A DNA stretch of 63,838 nt, the filler included, from Collodictyon triciliatum (Eukaryota), in NCBI GenBank assembly GCA_043381765.1. It is 15 parts of 15 records of this genome, joined end to end, with 100 filler letters (N's around TTAATTAATTAA, not from the genome) between each part and the next. Parts side by side here need not be neighbours in the genome. Positions count along the whole stretch, not along the records: positions 44,745 to 49,113 come from JBHJMP010006179.1; positions 49,214 to 53,580 come from JBHJMP010006180.1; positions 53,681 to 58,046 come from JBHJMP010006181.1; positions 58,147 to 62,512 come from JBHJMP010006182.1; 11 more parts are not named here. One strand, written 5' to 3'. Under the pieces are notes generated by a model. It saw only the letters and a list, made by a program, of their open reading frames with translations, was not told where the DNA came from and searched no databases. Made by a program: the position numbers and the translations under genes. Below, piece after piece: positions 46,566 to 59,399 of the stretch (its first letter is position 1; each line of letters opens with the position of its first letter).

Positions 46566-49213
46566 CTGTAATGTAAGGACATGTGCAATTATAGTTTAAT
46601 ACTAGAACTAATCATCATCATCNNNNNNNNNNNNNNNNNNNNNNNNNNNNNNNNNNNNNNNNNNNNNNNNNNNNNNNNNNNNNNNNNNNNNNNNNNNNNN
46701 NNNNNNNNNNNNNNNNNNNNNNNNNNNNNNNNNNNNNNNNNNNNNNNNNNNNNNNNNNNNNNNNNNNNNNNNNNNNNNNNNNNNNNNNNNNNNNNNNNNN
46801 NNNNNNNNNNNNNNNNNNNNNNNNNNNNNNNNNNNNNNNNNNNNNNNNNNNNNNNNNNNNNNNNNNNNNNNNNNNNNNNNNNNNNNNNNNNNNNNNNNNN
46901 NNNNNNNNNNNNNNNNNNNNNNNNNNNNNNNNNNNNNNNNNTACCGGAGTACAACGAATGCTGCTAAAAACTTAATAGAATGAAAGGGTGCTCTTTCATT
47001 GTGGCAAAGAAAGAAAGCTACACCCACCCTGCGAACAAGACAGGCAACCATCCCACCGATAGAAGAACTCACCAACAACAAACACATCAAACGCAGCATA
47101 AAAAACAAAACACAGGCGCAAACAACCAAAACCATACTAGAAGAGGAAAAGAAGTAATTTATATTCCGTATTAATATCATTATAATTTTTCCAATATTTG
47201 GAATTTATTGAATCGCTGCTTTAGATAGACGCAGTATCAATATGCCATTAGTTTTTTTTTCGATTTTTAGCAGTTGCAATAGTCGTGCATTGCTGAAAGA
47301 TACCACACGTGATGGAGCCCGAAATACTTTCAGCCAAGCCAGTCTCCACCCCGTATAAATCATATTTATATTGGGAAAGTTAATCACATTTGAGCGGAAA
47401 ATACGCCAGCCTTTGCGGGTTGTCTCAGCATCTTTGAGACAGAGTTGCCCTCTCTCATGCGAGCACAAGACCCAGGCTACGGGTGAAATGACAGGATGCA
47501 ATTCCATACGCGAACGGCCACACTAGTATCACTCGACCACGCTCGCCCTGTGTGATTTGTCGAATGCTTTCATAAAACAAGGATAAACATCATGCAACTC
47601 CATAACTCGCAACGCAACCCACCCGCCCGCACAATCCCCACGAGCCCGCCCAGAATGTCGCCAACTCAATCACGCCGCGATGGCTGACGAAACTGTGGTG
47701 TTGAAGACGCTAGTAATTATCACCAGGATTGCCGAAATCGCTTCCTTGGAAATCTATGCAAGATTCAGTCTCCGAAGCAAATGACTGGCAGCTGTCCCAT
47801 GCGGTGGTTTCCTTATTGACTTTTCTTAATGAACTTAATGTTTGGAGCAATCGGCTGTCATTGCTGTCATCAGGATTGCTAATTTTAACGGGGTTTGTAC
47901 GGTTGGATATTTATGATAATCCTGTCTGTTCAATATATGCTGCCTGAAAGCCCATACACTCAATTACACTTTTTTTTTTTTTTTTTGTATTCTTGCATAT
48001 TGTAAAGATTCATGATAAAATAATATCCCTGAATGCTCTCAGTTGCTTGCATATCCAGAGCAGAGAATCTTGATTATAAACTCATTCGAAAACTGGATCC
48101 TTACAACCACATAAGAGATTAGGGTTTATTGCTCATTTGCACACTGCCTGAATTTAATACATACAAATTTTCATATACTAGAATAACCCATCAGGACTTG
48201 ATCCTTCGTTTAACAAAAGGACTGTCAATAAAAATAAAAAAACTGGATTTCCTTATCTGCTTGGAGCTAGTCAAAGTGGTACAGCGGCTGCATGTATTAA
48301 ATCTTGCATTATATAAAAATTAATACATTTATTTTCACCCCTTCTTGAATGCTCATAGTTGGCATTTAGGTTATCACAAAGTTGGCAAGTAAAGGCAGCA
48401 ATCCGTACGTTTAAGCACTTTTCGGTTTGATCAGCCCCACCGGCAATTTAATGCTTATCCTTTTAAATTATCTCCTTTCTCCTTTCTCATATCTAAACTT
48501 TTTTGGGTTTTTTTAGCACAGCTTTTCCCCAATATCACAATCAGCCATCCACAAACATCCCAACCAAACCCATGAGTCAACAAAAGGGTGATAAAAATAA
48601 GGGTAGTCAGTTCATTGATGCAATGTATTTGGATGCCAGACAAGGAAATGATAAATAGAGGAGAAAGGAAACTAAAAGAAGTCAAACCGAGCCCCTACTG
48701 ATAATCCTTGATGCTTTGGTTTTGCGAGATATGTACAAAGAGAAATAGAAATTCGCTTTCTAAGAGTTCCACTAGGATTTTCGGTTAGATGAGTTGTGAC
48801 TACGTATTATACGATTTTCTAATATCTATATATATATGTATGAAAAGAAAAAGAGATAAATGAATGAAAAGGAAAATGAATTTCGTGACATTTTGTCATA
48901 TTTTTTTGCTTCTGATTAAATTGCTATTCAACAAATCAACACTATTGATTGGGATATCTAGAACTTATGATATTTCGTACATCATACATACATACATACA
49001 TCATACATACATACATACATACATACATACATACATACATACATACATACATACATACATACATACATACATACATACATACATACATACATACATACAT
49101 ACATACATACATANNNNNNNNNNNNNNNNNNNNNNNNNNNNNNNNNNNNNNNNNNNNTTAATTAATTAANNNNNNNNNNNNNNNNNNNNNNNNNNNNNNN
49201 NNNNNNNNNNNNN

Positions 49214-49285
<72 letters not shown>

Positions 49286-49355
49286 CTTTTTTTTTTCTTT
49301 TTTGAATAGTATCGAATGAACTACAAGAAAGGTTCCGATTATAAGGGGAGAATAC

Positions 49356-49530
49356 CTGGATTTTTGTCAGGGTGATACTTTAGAGAAAGCTTCTTGAAGG
49401 CAGATCGTATTTGCGAAGGTTGTGCATCACGAGCAACGCCCAGGATGCGGTAATAGTCTTTCCCACACACCACAATCCCAGCCAGCAGGATGCAAACCAA
49501 CACCAGCAGGATAGGGACGGAGAACCGCAT
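49356..49530 (-). CDS. First exon of an ER-targeted DnaJ/Hsp40 protein (ERdj3-like)
   Basis: Signal peptide [23 protein letters not shown], then J-domain KDYYRILGV...[18 protein letters not shown], then a GT donor. Confidence 0.9.
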
Positions 49531-49993
49531 ATCTGATATACTCTATCATCCAACTCTTATCAGCTCTTCCTCTTTCTCTTCTTTCTCTTCTTTCTCTTCT
49601 TTCTCTTCTTTCTCTTCTTTCTCTTCTTTCTCTTCTTTCTCTTCTTTCTCTTCTTTCTCGTTTCTCGTTTCTGCTGCCACCGCAACTCCAGCCCGGCGCT
49701 GTGTGATCCTGTATTTCCTTCTCTTTTTCTTGGTTTTCTCTAAATTCCATTTCTAGTAACAATCTAGATTAACATCATTTCTGGATAATAAATGTAAAAT
49801 ATATAATGACATTATATAATCCATTGATATTAATTAGATATATAAAAAATGCCCATGCATATATTCTATATAGTAATATAAATATTGTAGTGGCAACCAA
49901 GCAGCATTTCCCAACCACCCAGTGAATCAGTTACACAGCAAAACCGCCTTACCTGCTAGCAAAAGAGCACCGACGCAGAAGAGCAGAACAACA

Positions 49994-50710
49994 ATGACGG
50001 GTTCACAAAGTTCCACGAGGACTGCAGCAATCCGGCGACTCCACGTTCCAGTCGACACGGGAGCCATTCGTATCCGCAGACACGTGCGGCCCACGCAGCA
50101 GCCGTATGCGCGTCCTTCAACATCAAACGCAGCAGCAACCGAGCCAAAGGGGCCAAAGAGAACAGCGCCTCAGGGCACAACGTCAACCCAGACAAAGCCT
50201 CAACTCAGCGGGACGGGTTTCTTCCACACAATTTTCCAGAGTGCTGCTTCGTTTGTGGCTTCGCTGTGGGATTTCCTCCCGTTTGCTCGTCCAGGCGAGT
50301 CCCAAAACACAGAGTCTGAGGGGGTGTCTGAGGATGCTGTGTGGAGTGAATCAGTCCCACAGACACACCCGCCTGGAAAGAGAGCGCGACTCGACTACAC
50401 TTTGCGCTCTGTGCGGCCTGCAGAGTCTCGTCCAGCCGTGCCACATGCGATTCTTCCGCCTTTGAAAGAGTTTTATGCAGCTTCTCAAGTGGAGGCAAAT
50501 GCCGTGATGTCTTCGCCAATGCTTCCTGCGCTTCCCCTGGTTCCTTTGATGCCTCCGAGCCCGATACCTTTGGTCTCTCAAGAGCATCGCACGCCTAGCG
50601 CCCATCACAAACGGCCGAGGAAGAGGCATCATGATGTTGATCAAGATGTCGGCACTCCGGTCGTGGAGCTTAATTTGATAACTACCGATCTAGCTGCGCC
50701 TGTCCCAGAG
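49994..50710 (+). CDS. First exon of a disordered protein, possibly the N-terminus of a Nup153/NUP1-like basket nucleoporin
   Basis: GAIRIRRHVRPTQQPYARP followed by the amphipathic segment GFFHTIFQSAASFVASLWDFLPF and basic NLS-like patches (KRAR, KRPRKR). Ends at gag|gtatgt. Confidence 0.45.
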
Positions 50711-51013
50711 GTATGTTCTCTTGTCTACTTGACACGGTTTCTCTTCTGTTTTTATGTCTTTTTTTATGTCTTTTTTTTATGTCTTTTTTTTTATGTCTTT
50801 TTTTTTATGTCTTTTTTTNNNNNNNNNNNNNNNNNNNNNNNNNNNNNNNNNNNNNNNNNNNNNNNNNNNNNNNNNNNNNNNNNNNNTTATGTCTTTTTTT
50901 ATGTCTTTTTTATGTCTTTTTTTATGTCTTTTTGTTAAATCTTTTTATCTCTGTGAGCAACAACACCATACTATGTCGTTTATTACTTGATCATCTCACA
51001 ATCGTGTATTTAG

Positions 51014-52974
51014 AGACTCTACCAGCAAACTCTGGGTTCCCATGGGGGCAACAGTGAATGACACAGGTGAGGGTGATGCCATGTTTTTTCTATTTACTAT
51101 TTTTCATTACATGATATTAAGGGACACGAATTATATGCAACAGTTCAAGAGTCTATAAAAGATGCAGGACTTTAAAGCCTTACCAGACAACTGCGTCTGA
51201 TTTATATTTACTCGACATTTGTGATTAGATAATCGGATATGTGGGGTGATAAACATTCCAGAGCTGTCAGGAAGCGAGGATGCAAAAACAGTATTTGCAG
51301 TCTATATTGACCCGAACTGGAACGTTGATGATGTTTGTATATTTTTCAACAGTTCATTTATTTATTATATATCAGAAATGCTAGAGCCTGATTCTTCCGT
51401 GAAATATACTATTAACTTTGATTACAAGCATATACATGACTTTTTATGTCTGAACATACGGTGAAAATTTTTTGCATAGGGAAGTAAATTGTTTGTTGCT
51501 TTCCTTTGCGCATTGGATAGCTTATTAGCTTTCTCCAGCTTCATTCTTATCATTCACCATGCTATGAAAACGAAGCATATTTTCCACTTAACAATCCCAA
51601 AGTTGATGTTCGTTTGTTTGGCCACATTCCTTACGCGTAAATTTTTGTCATTACATATAAAACCTCTTTGCGAAGCCCGATATCTTTATTTTGTTTTCAT
51701 TTTCATCGATTTGCAGTTAGAACCGTTTATCTTGCGATGGCTTACGAAGACTTAATATTGGACGGAAGTATCACACAACTCATGTTATATGATTTCCCTG
51801 TCACACTTTACTATGCTGCATACTCGATTTTGGTATTTTACTGGTAAGTCACTATTTATGAAACGACCTTTAAATTAATTACGCGATTTCAACGAACGCT
51901 TTATTTTTCTTACGTATTTTTTTTTATTTTAGGGCTGAGATCTCCTCAAGTAGATCAACGGGCCATAAGAGTTTTATCAAAAATCTTCGATGGCCTTTCA
52001 TCTTGAGCAATGTGATTGTTTTTGCCAACTTCTTCTCGGTGGCCATCATCGATACCTATGGCTCATCCGACTTGACTAACGTAATCATTTCTATCCCAAT
52101 TTATCTATTATTTTTTTTGGGTTGTTGCCCTGATTTTTTCTTTCGCATTTCCCCCATGTTTGAAATCCACGTACTGAATATTGAGAAGCGAATTATAGTT
52201 AGAAAAAATAAAAGGAACAAAATCGCTTTCGTTCATTTCCCCCCAAAGTATTGCCATATCGATGATTTTATTGGTACCAACTTTTTATATTAGGCCTTGA
52301 AAATAACGTATTATGTCATCTTGTCTGCAATATCCTGTGTGCTGTGCTTCTCGATGATATTTTTTGGAGGAAAGCTTGTGCGGAGATTGTTCAAGTTCCA
52401 GCTGAACCAGCTGACTGAAAGGCATAAGAATCGATCAAATAAGGTTTTTTTTATTTTATTTGATGCAGTTTAGTTTCTTCTCTCTCGATTTTCGTGCTAT
52501 CCTCGCAGCAATATAGAATCACTGAGAGTTCTACTTGCCCAGATTCATATTATAGTAGTTGTTTGCGGTCTGGGATTTCTTTTCAACAGCATCTGGTTGC
52601 TAGCGACTTTATACATGGATGTTGTGAATATCAACGTTGCATGTGCTAGAATTTTAATTGGAGAGGTGTTTTCATTTTAATGACTCTTTTATAGATATAA
52701 AACATATCCTATGATGAATAACCAGACGCAACATGCTATTCACCCTTTCTTGTAATTTACCGGCCAGAGATAATTCTTTTAGTGTAATTTTGTTGCATCT
52801 TGCGACTTAACTATTTTTTTTTATGTAATAAATTATTCATACATCATACACAATTAGACGATACCGTGCTTTATCGTAATCTTTGTGATGGGCGTTTTAC
52901 CAAAGGATTCTCCATTTTCCAAACTACCGGCTGTCAGAGCGATTCAGATCAAGTATTTATCAGTGCCCGTCTAG
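51014..52974 (+). CDS. 7TM protein of the THH1/TOM1/TOM3 (GPR137-like) type with an extracellular N-terminal region, 5'-truncated
   Basis: Spliced TM segments LRTVYLAM, LYDFPVTLYYAAYSILVFYW|AEI, FILSNVIVF, MIFFGGKLVRRL, KIHIIVVVCGLGFLF and ILIGE|TIPCFIVIFVM; stop at 52974. Confidence 0.75.
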
Positions 52975-53154
52975 ATTTTAACATTTTCATCACATAAACA
53001 ACTTTTTTTTCATATATTGCTACTGATGCATTTTATTTAATTTCATGTCTTTTTTTTTTTTATGTCATTTGTTTGTTGGGGAGATAAATCACCTCTTTTT
53101 TCTATTTTTTTTTTTTTTGGTCAAAGGTCCAGTTTAAGTTTCGCTTTATAGAAC

Positions 53155-53194
<40 letters not shown>

Positions 53195-53205
53195 GATTTT
53201 ATTTT

Positions 53206-53238
<33 letters not shown>

Positions 53239-53334
53239 GTCAAAGGCAACGTTTAAGTTTCGATTTATAGCACGTTGTTTTTCTTTTTCTTTTTATATTT
53301 TCTTTTCTTTTCTTTCTTTTTATTTTATTTTTAA

Positions 53335-53516
53335 TTGGTCGAGTAAAGATGCGCTTTGGCTTCAGAATGCAGGTTTTCACCCCGTCTTCGTCGACACCAA
53401 AGTCAGGGACGTCCAGCTCGGCCATGAGTGACGTCTGATGCTGGAGAGTCTGCGCATCAAGGAAAAAGAAGGACACATCGCCGTCGGCCGATACTGCGCA
53501 CACATCAAGTCGCATA
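53335..53516 (-). CDS. Possible terminal exon of an unidentified gene (weak resemblance to the tRNA-splicing endonuclease Sen54 C-terminus)
   Basis: GC-rich island after a TAG acceptor: RLDVCAVSADGDVSFFFLDAQTL...KPKRIFTRP. Confidence 0.3.
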
Positions 53517-53828
53517 CTAAAAAAAAAAAAAAGGAAAGGGGGGGAAAAAAAAGGGGGAGGAGACCACAAAAAGAGGCAAANNNNNNNNNNNNNNNNNNNN
53601 NNNNNNNNNNNNNNNNNNNNNNNNTTAATTAATTAANNNNNNNNNNNNNNNNNNNNNNNNNNNNNNNNNNNNNNNNNNNNTTTCTTTTTTTCTTTCTTTT
53701 TTTCTTTCTTTTTTTCTTTCTTTTTTTCTTTCTTTTTTTCTTTCTTTTTTTCTTTCTTTTTTTCTTTCTTTTTTTCTTTGGGTACCAGCGTAGACTAAAC
53801 CCCAAGGAAGAAAACAGAAGCAGAAGAG

Positions 53829-54755
53829 ATGCTGCGAGCAAAAGTTCTTCCCAAACTTCTGGAGCAACTCAACACATCCGGCGTTCAGACCTCGATGTAT
53901 GGGCCTTCCTTGAACTCTGCGTTTTAATCCTTTGAGAGGGATCAAAGAGAACATTTAATACACCCTCACAAGTACAATAGAAAATAGGAAAATAAAAAAA
54001 ATCAACACTTTTATGAATATGCAAATAAAATAAAACAAAACAAAACAAAAAAAAAACAGACTTTTGACCGAGGAAGGATCTCTGCTGGGTTGCGCTGGAG
54101 ACAAGAAGCAGGGCATTTTGATTGCGGCTATAGCTGCAAACATCTTCAAGACCTACGAGACTGTCACGCCAAAGACCGCCGATGGCAAAGCGCCCATTAT
54201 TCTAATCGACTGCGAGGTTTTTACTCATAAGCCATCGACACACACATACTACCTTGCCGCTCGCATAAGTTGCCAGGGCTATATCCGCTTCACAGTTGCT
54301 GAAATGAGGGGGAAAACATATACATACTCATTAACATATACATATACTTATACATATACATACACGCTGTAGAAAGGGAAACTGGCTGTGACCCGCACAA
54401 GCAAAATGATCCTCTGCATCCACGCAGATTCCAGCGTGGAGTTCGGTTTGCTCCGACAGAAGGTTTTCCTATTAATCTCCTTTAAAAAAAAAAAGAAAGA
54501 AAAAAAACCCTCGTGCTTCGTGCTAGTTGTGCGTCTATCATTTATTTTTTAATTCCCTATTTTTTTTATCATCATTTTATTATTTTTGCTTTATGACTGA
54601 ATACTGCTGTTGCTGCTATAAATTGAAGAATCATATCTGCGTGTATACATGCGCAGCACTAAACCGAGTCTTTTTGTTAACATGGCCACCAACAGGCGGA
54701 AACCATGCGCGATTATCTCCATCCACAGCTGTCGTCGATGCTCGCCACTAACTAA
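53829..54755 (+). CDS. LAMTOR2: Ragulator complex subunit LAMTOR2 (p14), complete; exons 53829-53896, 54060-54216, 54373-54462, 54696-54755
   Basis: MLRAKVLPKLLEQLNTSGVQTSI|LLTEEGSLLGCAG...AAIAANIFKTY...ILIDCE|KGKLAVTRTSKMILCIHADSSVEFGLLRQK|AETMRDYLHPQLSSMLATN* aligns end to end with LAMTOR2. Confidence 0.92.
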
Positions 54756-55006
54756 TTGCGCAAATACCAGCTCACCCTTCTGCATATCCCTTTTGAAGTC
54801 CGCACGCAGAAATCAATCGTATTTTTTTTCTTCGCGAAATGAAGAGGAAGAAAAATGAATAAACATATGATAAATGTGACAAAGGATTGCCTTCATAACA
54901 TCACGTCTGTCTGCATCTAACCATTGATTTCAATTGGGTTCGTTATATGTTGGTTTAAGGATAAGAAGGGAAAAAGATTTCTTTGTTTGCTGGGCGAATG
55001 TGATTT

Positions 55007-57898
55007 TTATCCCACACGAGAGACGTACGAGCTGGACGATGTGATGTAGCGAACCCACCGATGCGGGAAACTCTGTCTGTTGAAGTCGACCAGACGCAGG
55101 TAGCGGATTTGGATGTTACTGCACGGATACATCGGCAGCTCAAACTCCATGCTGCAGGGTGATGCATCCATATGTTTGGTTACGATGAGAATTGGAGTAG
55201 TTTGAATGATTAATGTACTTCTATTTTTCTATTTTTCTTTTTCTATTTTTCTATATTTCTATTTCTCTATTTTTCTATTTTTCTATTTTTCTATTTTTCT
55301 ATTTCTATTTTTCTATTTCTATTTTTCTATTTCTATTTTTCTATTTCTATTTTTCTATTTCTATTTTTCTATTTCTATTTTTCTATTTCTATTTTTATTT
55401 CTATCTCTATCTCTATCTCTATCTCTATCTCTATCTCTATCTCTATCTCTATCTCTATCTCTATCTCTATCTCTATATTTCTATTTCTATTTCTATTTCT
55501 CTTTCTTTTTCTATTTTTCTTTCTTTTTCTTTTTCTTTTTCTTTTTTTATTTTTCTATTTTTCTATTTCTTGCTAAATCCAAGCTAGTGGGTTACTTGAC
55601 AGGGCCGATTTCCTTTCGGACAGCCTCGGTGGCAGAATTAGTTAAGAATATCTGCGCGTAGAAATCAAGGTACGCATACATTAGCAAACGTTCATTGACG
55701 AATATGCGAAACACCAAACATATCATGAATGATGCAAATGCGAATGATTAAAAAAAAACTTTAGCGCGAAGGATGTGTTCGAGTCCGCCCTGGAATCTCT
55801 TAATGTTCCACTGAATAAACTTTTCTGAGAGCTTAGACAAAAAAAAAAAAAAAATTAAACAAAATAGCTTTAGCCAAATGTCTCAAGAATATATGATTAA
55901 CGATTAGTCATTCATCGCTCTATCTACTCTTCCGAATAATTGAATAAAAATTATGGCCCTTCTCTCTCATTTATAATGCTTTTACATATACCGAATTCAT
56001 AATCCCATTTAGAAAACGATCGCAGCATCAAAGAATATGATAAATAGAAGAAATTAGCTTAATGATTATATCAGGTACTTTGACTTCGGCTGTTTGTCCA
56101 GTCACGCCCGGGGGCAGTGTGGTTGACGCACTTGTGGTAGACTTTGGGATTGGAAATCGAATGCTCACATTGTTTCCAAAGTGGGTTTCGGGAATATCTG
56201 AGCGCACTTTGACAGAGACTTCAAGCGTGGTTGAGTTTGCTCCTTCCACAATCGTGAAGATGCGAAATGGGAGCTTAAAATCTCCGTTCACTCGATAATT
56301 CATGACGCAAAATTCGCCTGTGTATGCACAAAGAAAAAACAAAAGAAGGGAAAAAAGAAGGGGAAAAGAGGAAGATGAAAATGAAGAAAAGAAGGAAGAA
56401 AAAGGTACGATGAAGTTTCGTTAGATGAGAAGCATACGAATCTTCAACGAGTCTTGAATATTACTGGGTAAAAATGGAATTGGTAGTAGTGTCTATTAAA
56501 TTGATTGATAGTAATTACCGTCTGGTGGGTGAATTATCAGAGTTCGATCATTTTCAAACTCGGATGTGTTTACTGATTCATGGAAGTTGCAGTCATCAAT
56601 CACTGTTGCGGTGTATCCTGTACACCACAAGTAATATAATAACTTTAAGAAGAAAAGCGGATTGAGCAGACAGACAAGATGATATAGATAAAACGAACCA
56701 GATCTCGAATGCTTCCCAATCACAAGGTCTTCGTTCAATCCCAGGCGCAATTCAGGATTTCCAAGGAGGTATGTTTTCATTTGAATACTTCCGTGTATTT
56801 CTTGGTTTAAAACGCTTCCCTGTTATTTATTGTAATATAAAAAAATCAAAAGTCTTCGAGCCAACGAGTAATAATTGTGAATTCCCTTCATATAGCAGCA
56901 GAATTATGATAAGCGGTATGTACATTTCCACTGAAGATAACAGAAAGCTTCTCGAATATATCGATGAAAATTTCTTCTTTCATATTCCTTCTCCCTCCTC
57001 TATTAACCGCAATTGGCTTGTTTGCGGAGGTACTCGGGGTAGTTTTTCGGTCAATCTGAATCAAAATAGAATTTTACATAATCGCGTATACCATACGCAG
57101 AGTTTTGCAAGGGTATTCTTTTTTTTTTTTTTTTGGAAAAAATAAAGTGTCATTGTGTAATGTGTAACATATAGAAATGAAAATAATACATGGGTGCGTA
57201 TAAAAGTAAAGATGGAACTATACCAACAAGCTGGGAATGTTTGATGATTCTGGAATTATAGGCTCGTTGAGGACAAATGTCTTGAGAGTATCGCTAGAAG
57301 TGCCTTGAGGATATCCATAGTCCTTAAAATTGCGATTGAATCATGTTGGCCCGTTAAAAGTATATGCGTACGTATTCAAGAGCAAGTAAACGGGATTGAT
57401 ACCTTTGGGAAACACATGAGAATTGAGAATAAAATTTATAGATGAACTGTTCTACGGACTTACGAGTATTTCGTCCAATAATTCATAGATAAGAACAAAG
57501 TTTGTGCGGATGGACTCCTCCGTCAGAATCCCACAATAGTCTTTGAACACGCGGGTGACACGAGAAAGGAGCTCGAGGATAAGTGAGGGTGACACATTCA
57601 GGCGAGTCGTACAGACAAAGTAGAGCCCATTCTTCTTTGTAAAGAGATAGTTGATTCCATCCAAATGCTATATAGATTGAATAAATTTAAACGTGATGTG
57701 CGGGGATTGCTAGACGCTGATTTTATTATTATTATTTTAAAAAAAAAAAAGGCCATCGCTTTCCATCGTCTTATTATCAAATACAGATCGAGATGCATTC
57801 TTGTGAAAATCATACAAAAACTGGAGGCGCGTCTCCTTTCCACAGCTTAACCTTTCGAAAGAATATTTCCACAGCCTCTCTGGGAACATCTCCTCTGA
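55007..57898 (-). CDS. AP4M1: AP-4 complex subunit mu, lacking the first exon
   Basis: RGDVP..EIFFRKVK, NVSPSLILELLSRVTRVFKDYCGILTEESIRTNFVLIYELLDE, DYGYPQ, MKTYLLGNPELRLGLNEDLVIG, DDCNFHESV, PPDGEFCVMNYR, RKEIGPV|SMEFELPMY, HRWVRYITSSSSYVSR. Confidence 0.93.
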
Positions 57899-57953
57899 CT
57901 TTGTGCAAATTGAATAAATAAATAAATAAAAATATTGGGTGGATGAGTGGGTG

Positions 57954-58046
<93 letters not shown>

Positions 58047-58146
58047 NNNNNNNNNNNNNNNNNNNNNNNNNNNNNNNNNNNNNNNNNNNNTTAATTAATT
58101 AANNNNNNNNNNNNNNNNNNNNNNNNNNNNNNNNNNNNNNNNNNNN

Positions 58147-58768
58147 TTTAATATGTTTTTTTAATATGTTTTTTAATATGTTTTTTTAATATGTTTTTTT
58201 AATATGTTTTTTTAATATGTTTTTTAATATGTTTTTTAATATGTTTTTTTAATATGTTTTTTTAATATGTTTTTAATATGTTTTTAATATGTTTTTTAAT
58301 ATGTTTTTTAATATGTTTTTTAATATGTTTTTTAATATGTTTTTTAATATGTTTTTTAATATGTTTTTAATATGTTTTTTAATATGTTTTTTAATATGTT
58401 TTTTAATATGTTTTTTTAATATGTTTTTTTAATATGTTTTTTAATATGTTTTTTAATATGTTTTTTAATATGTTTTTTAATATGTTTTTTAATATGTTTT
58501 TTTTATTTTTTTTTTTTATATGTTTTTTTAATATTTTTTTTTAATATGTTTTTTAATATGTTTTTTAATATGTTTTTTTAATATGTTTTTTTAATATGTT
58601 TTTTTAATATGTTTTTTTAATATGTTTTTTTAATATGTTTTTTTAATATGTTTTTTTAATATGTTTTTTAATATGTTTTTTACTATGTTTTTTTAATATG
58701 TTTTTTTAATATGTTTTTTTAATATGTTTTTTTAATATGTTTTTTAATATGTTTTTTTAATATGTTTT
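58147..58768. repeat. AT-rich minisatellite, unit T(5-7)AATATG (~12-13 bp)
   Basis: Directly visible tandem array with a variable T-run. Confidence 0.95.
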
Positions 58769-59399
58769 TGACAGCTTCTTGCACAGTTTTTCGCCTCACT
58801 AAAGGTGAAAGCCACGATCACTGCCCTTTCCTTTCCCTCTTGTATTCTGACGCCCCGCGGTTCGCGTTTCTTCGGTAGATCAATGTCAAGAAAGGCAATT
58901 TGCCACTTTTCAACTTTTTTTTTTCGACGGGCGGCTGAGGAGAAGGCACCGCAGGCACAATCACAGACAACCGCGCAGGCTAAAACGCCGCTTTTGGTAT
59001 TCGCACCAAAAGAAAAAAAAAACAACCAATAGGCCAAAGGGCTGTCCAGGGCCAGGAACGAAATCCAACCCAATCCTTTCAGAATAAATCGCCTGGTAGC
59101 CAATAGATGTAGATAAGGATGTCCATATAATCTGCTTTATATTGCTTGTTTTCTGGATTTGCGCGTGCCCGTGAAATGAGATGTATCGGTTGGTTCGTGA
59201 AAATAATATGACTTTCAAAGCTACCTTGTATCGCACATTCGAAAATATTGTTATGTTTGTTATTGCACATGTTTTTGTATATAATAGTCGAGAGTGTATC
59301 TTGGGGAAAAGGATTGTCACTAGCAAACTGAAAAGAAAAGTATGAATGGGAATATGTGCTTGGTTAACCAGCGTTCCATGATATGGATTTTTTATTCTT

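Noticed and set aside
53110-53285. Imperfect ~45-bp duplication (ggtcaaagg...tttaagtttcg.tttatag) between poly-T runs
   Set aside because: The pattern is typical of low-quality reads after homopolymers being stitched together; likely an artefact.
55007-55151. Possible frameshift in the last AP-4 mu exon (the ORF track shows a different frame)
   Set aside because: Manual translation gives an uninterrupted MEFELPMY...HRWVRYITSSSSYVSRVG*. The exon is just missed by the ORF track.
58147-58768. Regular array considered as CRISPR or telomere
   Set aside because: No unique spacers and no cas genes. Variable T-run length and absence of G-tracts make it an ordinary AT-rich minisatellite.
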